Origin: Cyanophora paradoxa CCMP329
Taxonomy: Eukaryota; Plantae; Glaucophyta
Assembly: GCA_004431415.1 (NCBI GenBank)
Contig: QPMI01000040.1
Location: forward strand, 62,001 to 126,000
Direction: 5' to 3'
DNA: 64,000 nt
A program made the position numbers and the translations under genes. The notes beneath the pieces are model-generated. The model was not told the DNA's origin, searched no databases, and was given only the letters and a program-made list of their open reading frames with translations. Shown piece after piece: positions 1-9,200 of the stretch (position 1 is its first letter; each line of letters opens with the position of its first letter).

Positions 1-2036
1 CTCGCGCTCGCGGCGGTCGAGGACCTCGTCGAGGGGCGGGGGCGGGCGCGGGCGGATCCCGCCGCTCTCGAGCTCCCGCAGCTCCTCCGCCGTGAGGCCG
101 CGCCTCCGCAGCGCCCGCTCCACCGCCGCCGCCTCCGCCTCCGTCCGCGGCACCAGCGGGTCGACGTCGGAGGCCGAGGAGGCGGGGGCAGGGGCGGGGG
201 CGGCCCCGGGGCGGAGCTCGAAGAGGAGGAGGCGGCGGGGGCCGGGGCGCCGCCCGTGAAGACGAACGGGGGCGGGGCGGGGCCGCCGGGGACGCCCGGC
301 GAGCTCGAGGAGGCGGGGGCGGGGGCGGGGCGGGCCCCGGGTCGGAGAAGGCGAAGGGGGACGGGGCGCCCGCGCCCGAGGAGGAGGCGGACGCGGGGGC
401 CGGCGGGGCGGGGCCGGCGGGGCGGGCGGGCCTCCCGGGGCCTGCGGGGCGGCCCCCGCGCGGAGGGCGAGGCGGGCGCGCAGCTTCCGGTCCGCCGCGC
501 GCTCCGCCACCGACTCCCACAGCCCCTTCTCCGCGCTGCGCGCCGCCGGTCAGCCCGGGGCCGGCGGGCGGGAGGGGTGCGGGCGCGCTTGAACTCGAGC
601 TCGTCGGCGGTGCCGGCCTCGTCGTCGGTGCCCTCGTAGGTGGGGCGCATGTACCCGTCGAGGCCGAGGTGGGGGTTCAGCGCAGGGTCCAGCAGGGCGG
701 GGTCCCTGTCCGGCGGGAAGGCCGAGCCCGCGGAGCCCGAGGAAGCCGAGGAGGAGGACGAGGGGGAGGAGGAGGAGGAGGAGGAGGAGGCGGAAGAGGA
801 GCTCGAGCTGCGGATTCGCTCAGAGGCACGCGCGGCGCGGCGCGCGGCGCGGCGCGGGGCGGCACCTGCGGCCCTCCTCCTCCTCCTCCTCCTCCTCGCC
901 CTCCCCCTCCTCCCCGCCGGTCTCTCCCTCGCCCTCGCCGCTGCCACCCTCGGCGCTGCTGCCCTCCTCGCTCTCGCTCGCCCACGCGCCGCTCTCCTCG
1001 CCGCTCGAGGGGACCGGCGTAAGGTCGCCCCGCGCCGCCCGCTCCAGCTCCTCCTCCTCCTCCTGCCGCCGCCGCGCCGCCTCCGCCCGCGCCCGCATCT
1101 CCGCCCGCTCCTCCTCCGTCTGCGCCAGCTGCTCCCGCGAAAGGCCTTGACACGGGGCCGTGTGCACCACGTCGAAGAAGGTCCCCCACTTGCTCGTGTC
1201 TGCGGGGATGTGAGGGAAGGAAGGAAGGGGGGATGAAGGAAGGAGGGGGCGCGCCGATGCCGAGCTCGTCCGCGATGCTCTTGAGGGGGGCCTTCTGATT
1301 TCTGATGGGGCACAGCGATCGGCTTTTCTTGGGATTCTCTTTGTTGAGCCAGCTGAATCCGCGGGGCTTGAGGAAGGCGTCGGGGTCGGCCTCGAAGCGC
1401 GGGTGCGCGCGGATCTCCTTCCAGAGCCCGAGCAAGTTCCGCAGCGCAGCTGCTTGCGTCTCGTCATGGTCACTTGCACATCAGCTACTGGCTCGCACGC
1501 ACCTCTAATGGCGTCCGCTCCCGTGAGGCCCGTCTGGCCCGTGCCCGCCGCGCGCGCGCCCGTCATTGCCGGCGGGATCAGCTCGTCTGCGGCGCGGGCT
1601 CGGCGTCGGCTCCGATATCGGTCTCGGGGTGCGGGATCGGCATCGGACCTACGGTCACCTCCCCCGCCTCGATGCGCGCGAGGTCGGGCTCGAGGCGGGC
1701 GCCTGCGACGCGATCAAAGCGACGCGGGCGCGCGGGGCGGGAAAGACGCACGGACGGCGAGGAAGTCGGCGATTTCGAGCAGAGCTGGAAGGCTTTTTAC
1801 CTGCGATACATTCTGCTGTGTTAAGTGTCCTAAGAACCGCTTCTTGACCTCGGCCTCGCGCTCCTGGTACTCCTTCGCCCTCGCCAGCGCCCGCCGGAGG
1901 TAGGAAATCTTCTGTTTGTTGATCTGCGACTGCGTCCCTGCGTGCGCTGCATTGAGACGTCCTTCACCAACATCGTCCAGCGATCAGCGCGCGCACTCTG
2001 GCCTCCGCCCGCGCCGCCGCCCCCCTTCTTGCCCAT
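1..2036 (-). CDS. Spliced gene of unknown function with acidic, Ser-rich, low-complexity C-terminal part; 3' end not resolved and may run off the left edge
   Basis: ATG at 2036 (MGKKGGGGAGGGQ). Exons joined by short GT/GC-AG introns read HAGTQSQINKQKISYLRRALARAKEYQEREAEVKKR / VKSLPALLEIADFLA / ARLEPDLARIEAGEVT / ELIPPAMTG... / LRNLLGLWKEIRAHPRFEADPDAFLKPRGFSWLNKENPKK...DELGI / TSKWGTFFDVVHTAPCQGLSREQL, followed by poly-E and poly-S tracts. No family recognised. Confidence 0.6.
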
Positions 2037-2366
2037 CGCTGCTTGCTGCCGACGAAGCGGAAGCGCCGCGCGAGCAGAACAAAGCCCGCAAGGAGGCGAG
2101 GATGCGCGCTTTCCGGCTCGTGCGCTCGCTTGCTGCGGGCGCGCCTCGCTCGCTTTTGCGGCGCCTTCGACCGCTCACGAAGCGCCTCGTTCGCTCTTTC
2201 GCCGCGGAAATCGAGCGAATGGACGATCAAAAGCTGGCCTGCTCGACGTACCCGGCAGGCGAGGCCGGCCTCGGCCACCAGCACCCGCAGCCTCGTCAGA
2301 GTCGATCATTCGGGTTGCTTGAGCAGCGAGCATCTTTAACTTCCCGGCCGCAAGCAGGAGTGCTCG
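2037..2366. promoter_or_regulatory. Putative bidirectional promoter region (330 bp)
   Basis: Lies between the divergent start codons at 2036 (-) and 2367 (+). Inferred from gene geometry only. Confidence 0.45.
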
Positions 2367-3947
2367 ATGTTCTCGCCGCAGTCGACGCCCGCGCCGTCGG
2401 GCTTCGCGGCATACGCTTCCACGCCGGGTCCCAGCAGCCTCCTCGGTGCGCGCTCTCCGCGCTCCCAGCCGGCAGGCGCGTTCGACCGTTCTCGCCGCAG
2501 GCCAGAGCCCCGCCGCGCGCATCGTCTCGCCGCCCTCGACCTCCATCTATGCTCCGAACGTGCTGCTTCCTAGCTTCGCCCAACCGGTGCGCCGGCTAGG
2601 CGCCCAAATTCGCGCCGCTGAGGTCGCCTCGCGCAGGGACCTTCGGGATCGACCTACGGCAGCCGCACGCCGTCCGCCGGAGACGGGAACCGCGAGGGCA
2701 TCACCTACGGCAGGTCTGCCGCGCCGCCCTCCCGCATGGAGCGCCTTCCGTTCAACACTCGCGCCGCAGCTCCGCCTACGGCTCGCTGGCGCGGACGCCG
2801 AGCAGCTCGCGGGCGCTGCACGCGACGACGTCGTTCAGCCCCGCGCGCGAGTCGCCGGCCAAGGACCTGTGCGCTCCTCCCCCGGCCAGCTTCGGGTCCT
2901 ATGCGCTGAGAACCGCCCGGGAGCAGAAAGAGCTCGCCGCTACCGCCCACCGATTCGCTTGTCGATCACGCGTACACACGCATGAGCCTCTCTGGCAACG
3001 AGCCATCGGTGAGGAGCCCTCGGCGTCTTCCCGCTTCGGTGCTCACGGCGCGTCGCGCTCCGCGCAGACGCCCGGCCCCTCGTCTGCAGCGACGCCGGGG
3101 CACGGCGCGACCTCGACGCCGGCCGCCACCGGCGCGCACGACGGGACATCGATGGGCCGCGCGCTCGCGGACGACCCGTGCGCTCCCAACCAATCCCGGA
3201 GCTCTTTTGATCTCGGCGAACATTCGCTGCTGCAGCGCGCTCTTCGCGTCCGCGATGGACTTGTCGGCGAAGGAGCGCGAGAGGGAGGGCCGCAAGCGCT
3301 GGATCACGGTGTTCGGGTTCGACCCACGGGACGCGTCGGCCGTTCTGCAGCACTTCGCCAAGTGCGGCCCCGCCCCGCCCCGCCCCGCCGCCCGTTCGCG
3401 TCGCGGCGTCCAAGGCGCCGCGGCAGGTGTGGGACGATTGCGCGGCACGTGGGCGGTCCCTCGCCCAGCTGCAACTGGATGCACATCAAGCGAGCTCTTT
3501 CCTATCCCCTCCGTTTTTAAACGCTGACGCCGGTACCCCCAGGTTCGAGTCGGCGGTCCAGGCGCAGTCGGCCCTCTCCAAGGAGGGCGAGGTCCTCAGC
3601 GGGCGGACCATGCTGGGCGTCAAGCCCTGCAAGGACGAGGCGCCCCGCCCGCTTCAGCCGCGGCCCCTCTCTCTCCTCTGAGTCGCGCGCAGGCTGTGAT
3701 GAAGGAGGACCGCGTGCCGCTGCTGCTGGCAGGGCCCGAGGCGTCCTCAGCCGCTGCAGCCGGCGGCGGCGGCGGCGGCGCGGAGGCCCCTGCGGCCTCG
3801 CCCTTCGCGGCCATCCCGAAGGCGTCGATGTTCAAGCCGCCGGTGAAGGAGTACGAGGCGAGCCTGGAGGGCCGCTCCGTGCTGGCGGCCCCCAAGAAGG
3901 GCGCCTCGATCTGGACCCGCGTCATGGAGTACACCCTCGGCATCTGA
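2367..3947 (+). CDS. NUP35: Nucleoporin Nup35/Nup53 (Nup35-type RRM domain), multi-exon
   Basis: Spliced product contains WITVFGFDPRDASAVLQHFAKCGTIARHVGGPSPSCNWMHIKFESAVQAQSALSKEGEVLSGRTMLGVKPC, the characteristic Nup35 RRM. It also has an upstream PPTDSL motif and a C-terminal amphipathic helix SIWTRVMEYTLGI before TGA at 3945-3947. The start at 2367 (MFSPQSTP) is inferred. Confidence 0.9.
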
Positions 3948-3987
3948 CCCGCCTCCGCCCGGCTTTAAGCTCTCAGGAGAACTGGAA

Positions 3988-4331
3988 TCTCTGTCTTTTT
4001 GATCGCAACATACATTTTTCTCACCTGGGCGGGCGAGTGTCTTACCTGAACGGGGGGGAGATAGGGGCTGGGGTTATCGCTTCAGTTCGGTCCGCGCGCG
4101 CCCGCTCACTGAGTCAGCTGCAGCGGTCGCCGGGGGCGCGCTCTATGAGCCAGGCCGCCCTCCCCTGCCTCTGCCCGAGCCTTGGAGCGTGAGAGCGAGG
4201 CCACGGGGGCGCCGGCAATTGCAAGCCGGCTGCGGGGCTTCCGGATCATTCAAGATGATTCGAACGTTAACGGGCTTCCGTCGCGCCCGCAGCTGCAGCA
4301 CCCGCCGTTGAACGGCGACGGTGAGTACTAG
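3988..4331 (+). mobile_element. Putative non-autonomous Helitron
   Basis: The 3' end has a GC-rich hairpin CGCCGTT-G-AACGGCG (4303-4317), a 10-nt spacer, CTAG (4328-4331) and then T, the canonical Helitron terminus. The candidate 5' end A|TCTCT at 3987/3988 is tentative. The interior holds an inverted host-gene fragment. Confidence 0.5.
4073..4197 (-). pseudogene. Degenerate inverted relic of the UBR4 terminal exon, stop codon and start of the 3' UTR
   Basis: The minus strand reads gagggcggcctgg...gagcgcgcccccggcgaccgctg...gcgcgcgcggaccgaactgaagcgata. This aligns with 28318-28399 (gagggcggcctgg...gagcgcgccgccggcgaccgctgagggggcgcgcgcggaccgaactgtagcggta) with substitutions and short indels. 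Confidence 0.75.
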
Positions 4332-4683
4332 TGAGAGGTGCGCGTCAACGTCAGCCGTCCAAAAGTCTCGCCCGGCCGCCCCCCGCGGCGTCCCCTTGCC
4401 CCCGCGGGCCCCTTGCTGCCGGGCCGACCGCAGGGCTTCCGAAGCCGCTAGATCATCTAGACATCATGTCCAGATCTGATCCCCCCCCCCTCCCCCCCCC
4501 CCCCCTCCCAATCCCCTCCACTCCACCACCTCGACACCCTCTGCTACTCTTCCAGTAGAGCGTACAGTTTGCTCCAGTGTACTACAACGCTAAACTCGCG
4601 CTCAAACTAGTGCTAGAGGAGACCCAGAAGGCGGCGCCCACTCTGGATCGATCCGATCGAAGCCGGGTCGGCGGGCCGGGGCC

Positions 4684-6082
4684 CTACTCCACGCGGACGC
4701 CCTTGTAAAGCCATGAGCCGGCGAAGGACCCGTCTTCGGCGCTGAAGCGCTGCCCCGACTGGATGCGCGTGTCCGCGTCCACCAGCGTCAGCGTCTCGAT
4801 CGCGACCAGGCGCCCGCTCGCGTCGTAGATGTCGTTGATCTGACTCGGGTGAGATCGATATCCGACTCTGAACGCCGGGAGGGGTACGGGGTACCAGGAT
4901 GTCCTGATCCACGTGCTCGCGGCTCCTCATCATACCTGCGCGGGGGTACGACACTTAGTGGGGCCAGTTCGCAAGGCGCCGTGACGCCAGAGAGGCAGGC
5001 GGGGCAGAAAAAGGGTCTGGAGGGTCCTGCCGATCCCCCCAGGACCGCTGGGCCCGCTGACCTGGGCATGTACATGACCATGATTTACCAGAAACTAGGG
5101 GAAAAGGGGGCCCCGCACGCGTAAGGACCCGAGCGGAAGGAAGGCCCAAGGGGTGCCCAGGCGGCTTTCATAGGGCTCTAGATCTAAAGCGATGGAACGA
5201 GAGATCGAATTCGAAGACCACGCACGAGTCTCGGGCGCTTGGCTGACGTGGAAGTCCATCACGCCGTCGGAAATCGGAGTGCCGACAAAGCTGACCGCCA
5301 CCTTGTTGCCCTTGCCATCGTCCTGCGCCAGGGCCCGTCAGCGCCTAGACGGCACGTCGAGGGACCAGCCGGACGCGCCTGCATGCTGCTGATCTTGTAC
5401 ACGCCGTCCTCTAGCTTGAAGTCAACCTGCACATCGAATTAGAGCGAGGCGCGCGGCGCGGCGCCGGCCGCGCGCTTGGCCCGCTCACTTCCGACACGGA
5501 GTGCTTGATTTCGGCCATCGCGCTGTCGAAAACCCTGCAGTCGTTCATCCACGTCCCCAGGAGCTTCGGGTAGACCTGCACAAGCGCTGGGAGTGAGGAC
5601 GGATTCTGGACAGAGAAGCGCTAGAGGGCTGGGGTCTGAGTCGCTGAGCGGGGAAGCCGGGCAGAGAGCCGGCGGATCGGCGGCGAGGACATGACCGCTT
5701 GGCGGGGGCGGAACGGGGGCGTCCTAGGGGAAGCGGGCGAGGGGCTGAAAGCATGGCGCGAGGGCCGCGGGCTGGATCGATACTAAAGCTCATTCGCGCG
5801 CTATCTAAAGCTTGGGCGGCCGTCGAACAGTCCATGGCTAGGCGCGGAAGCGGTTTTCGGCTCGCGTACGTGACGCACCCGGAACTTCGGAGCTTGCTCG
5901 CCGCTCGCAGTCACTGAGAAGGAGACGTCATGCTGCCTATGCTGCCTCCTTGCCGCCGAGGCCGGAGTGCGTGCGCCGAAGAAGGACCGATCGCCGGCCG
6001 GAGAGGCCCGGATCGCACGCGGCACAACGGGGACGGCATGGCCGCGGAGGACGGGCGTTGGGCAGGAGACGAAGGCTTGCAT
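4684..6082 (-). CDS. Plastid-targeted DUF3598-like / calycin beta-barrel protein, 6 exons, about 210 aa
   Basis: Exons 6082-5879, 5575-5489, 5426-5379, 5322-5226, 4935-4895 and 4839-4684 splice in phase (one GC-AG intron) to TAG. The N-terminus MQAFVSCPTP...SFFG...SFSVTA is basic and Ser/Ala-rich like a transit peptide. The mature part is KFRVYPKLLGTWMNDCRVFDSAMAEIKHSVSEVDFKLEDGVYKISSMQDDGKGNKVAVSFVGTPISDGVMDFHVSQAPETRMMRSREHVDQDILINDIYDASGRLVAIETLTLVDADTRIQSGQRFSAEDGSFAGSWLYKGVRVE, with a GxW motif and alternating beta-strand pattern. The gene model is strong; the family call is from recalled similarity, not a search. Confidence 0.75.
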
Positions 6083-6278
6083 TGTTCGCTGGAAATTTCG
6101 ACAAGGGGGTACAAGAGCTCATTTTCGGCGCAGCCCTCCGGATTGCTCCGGCGGGCAGCTGCCGCGCAGAACGAGATGCTCTGAGCGACGCTTGAAGCGC
6201 TAAGTCCTTGGCGACGCCCGCGGAGCGGTTCGCCGGACGTCTGCATACCTCTGGACGCGCGGAATTCCTTCCAGGACG
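6083..6278. promoter_or_regulatory. Putative bidirectional promoter region (196 bp)
   Basis: Lies between the divergent ATGs at 6082 (-) and 6279 (+). Geometry only. Confidence 0.45.
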
Positions 6279-9200
6279 ATGGAACGGACCGTGGATCCCG
6301 TCGCGGTGCGCATGACATCGCCCGCGTCCTCCGCGGGCGGACACAGAACCGCCTGGTCACACCCGCATGCAGAATTTCCTGGAGCAGCTCGTGCGGTCGC
6401 TTCAAGAGGAGGATGGCGCCTTCTCTGTCGGCGGGCCCGAAGCGATCGCTCTCATGCCGCCGTTAGTGGCGCTTCTCGAGGGCTCGACCGACCTGGCCGT
6501 CCCTGACCGCGATTACGTGAGTCGGGTCGTCTTCGCCACAGCATCGCACATCGTGGGACCAGACTTCCAATCCGGTGCGCCGTCTCCCGCGCCCCCCCGG
6601 GCCTCTCGTGGGCCGCCGTCCGCTCATCGCGTATGCAGCCATCAAGCGCCACCGCGAGGCCCAGGCGCTCAGCCTCGCGTCGCGATGGATGCTCTGGTTT
6701 GCCGTTGGGTCGCTGGAGAAGGTCGCCTCCGCATCGCACCTCCCCGAGTCGTCCGCAGTCGACCTGCCGAAGGTGCCATTCCTGCGCGCCGGGGAGCTGC
6801 GCGCCTCGCACTCAGGCCGCGGCGCAGCTTCGGGAGCGCCTGCTCTCTATTATCGAAACGCTGTGCTCGGCGGATCATGCGGTCGACAAGGTCAGCCTTG
6901 AGCGCATCCGGCAGGAAGCCGCTGCGTTGCTGCCCGTCCCGCCGCTGTCCTCGTTCCCCTCTGCGCTGCGCTCGGCTCCCGCTTTCCACGTGCCCGATTC
7001 CGACCGAGGTGAGCCCCGCGCGCTCCGTCCCGTTGCGCCGTCCGCGCAGCTGAGGCGCGCGGCAGACGGCATCCACCCGAGCGCCGCGGCGGAAGCGTCG
7101 GGCGCCGGCATCGGCCGCGGCGACGGAAAGGGCATCGCCGACGTCAGCGAGTCGATTCACCGCCTGCTGGCGGCCGTGCCGGACCCTGCCGGCCCCACGG
7201 GCGCCGAGTTCGAGAAGGGCGCGGCGGGCGATGGCGAGGACGCCTCGAGCGTGCGGAGCGAGCTCAGCAAGTCGGAGAGCAGCGGAAGCCTCCGGTCGGA
7301 CGTGGGCGCCAGCACCGTCAGCAGCTATGTGGCCCCCGGCGTGGCCTTCTCGGGCATCAGCCGCGCCTCGGCCGTCTCCGTCATGAGCGGCTCCTCGATG
7401 GCTGTCTGCGGCACCGTCGGCACCGCCGCCTCGGCCCTCGCCGTCTCTCAGATGGACCTCGTCGCAGACAACGCGCAGTTCCTCCGCGGGGACCTGCGCG
7501 CGCTGGCCCGCCTCCTGGCCGCCTGCGCCCAGGTCCTCGCGGCGGACGCGCAGGACGCCATCAGCGGCCCGCAGGAGGCCGAGCGCGCCGACGCCGCCGT
7601 CACGTTCGTCAGCACCGTCCTCCGCTTCGTCTACACGTCCGTCTCCTCTGCAGACGCCGCCGGTGCGCGCCCGCCCGCGCCCCGCCCCGGCCCCGCCTCG
7701 CGCGCTGCGCTCTTGCCGACGCCGCTATGCAGACACGGAGGCGCTGCCATGGCTCGTGGCGATTATCACGCGCCTCCTGAACTGCTACGCGGCCCAGCAC
7801 CGCTACGCGGCGGTCGGCGGCGGGCCGCCCCCACACCCCCAGGCCGCGGCATCCGCCGCCGCCTCGACCTCGGCGCCCTCGTCCCCCGCCGCGTCCCCGG
7901 CGCCCACGCCGCCGCCGGCCGCGCCGCACGAGCCCCTCTCCAGCCCGCGGCCCCTGACCGCCGAGGCGGCGCCCGGCACCCTCCGCATCCTCTCCTCGTC
8001 CTCTTCCTCCTGCTCCTCGCACCACGCGCCCCCTGCCGCGTCGGCGCCGGCCCCGGCGGCCGCGGCGCCGGCCGCGGCGCCGCAGCCGGCGAGCAAGCTG
8101 AAGCTGGAGCTGAAGCTGCACGTGCTGGACGACGCGATCCGCCTGGCGCGGCGCCTGACGCGCGAGGACGAGGCGGTGCACCGGAACCTGCAGCTCACCA
8201 TCGCCCTCACCGTCCTGCGCTCCCTGGATGGGGCCGTCGTGGAGGACGCCCGCTCCCTCGTCCGCCGCGGCGGCGACCGCGCCGGCGCCGGCGCCGGCGG
8301 CCCCTCGCCCTTCGCCGCCCGCCCGCGAGCCCCTCCTCCCCGGACGCGCCCCTCCTGCGCTCCTCGCCCCTCGTCAGCCCGCGGCTGCTCTCCCTCGCCA
8401 TGATCTCTCTGCGGAACGCCCTGGGCGACCAGAGCGCCGGCGCCCCGAACATCAACCTCTCGAGCTCCTCGGGCGGCGGCGCCCGCGAGGGGGCCTCGGG
8501 CGGCGGCGGCGGCTCCAAGGCCGGCGGCTCGGTCCACCACTCCGGGGCGATGTGGGCGGGCGCCGGGAGCCGGCTGCCGCCCACCGGGGGCATGGCTGGG
8601 AGCCTGGCCCCGACGCCGGCCATGCCGGCGGCCTTCGCCTTCGGGTCGGCGCGGGAGCGGCTGGGCGCGCTCCTCGGCAGCGTCCCGCAGCTCGTCGGCG
8701 TCCTCTTCGCCCTCGTCGTGACGTGCTTCGCCGAGGGCAGCCGCCGCTCCTTCCCCGGCGCCGAGGGCAGCGGCTCCAACGGCGGCGGCGGCGCCAACGG
8801 CGGCAACGGCGCGGCGCGGGCCGCGGCGGCGGCCGCCGCGGCCGCCGTCGTCGAGGCCTCGGGGGACCTGAACGCGAGCTTCCGGGACCTGGCGGGATCG
8901 GTCCGCGAGACCTTCTCGATCGCCGAGTCGGTCCCGCCGCCCACGGTCGTCATGGGCGGCGGCGTGGGCGCCAACCTCGGCAACCTCGCCGGGGGCGGCG
9001 GCGGCGGCGGCGGCGGCGAGACGGAGGGCACCTCCGAGCTCGCCCACTCGGCCCTCGAGGAGGACGACAACGAGGGCGAGGACGAGGTGGGTTTGCCCTT
9101 GCTCGCGCGCCCTCCCGCCCCCTCCGACCCGGCCGCGCAGCACGAGGGCGAGATGATCCCCGAGGAGGACTACGAGGAGGACGAGGACGAGGACGAGGTG

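Noticed and set aside
4039-4075. CTTACCTG...GGGGAGATA resembling the U1 snRNA 5' end
   Set aside because: There is no U1-70K loop (GATCANGAAG), no ATTGCAC loop and no Sm site, and the downstream sequence is the inverted UBR4 relic.
4600-4645. Second ACTAGT as another Helitron end
   Set aside because: No convincing hairpin at the right distance on either strand, and it lies in the probable 3' UTR of the plastid gene.
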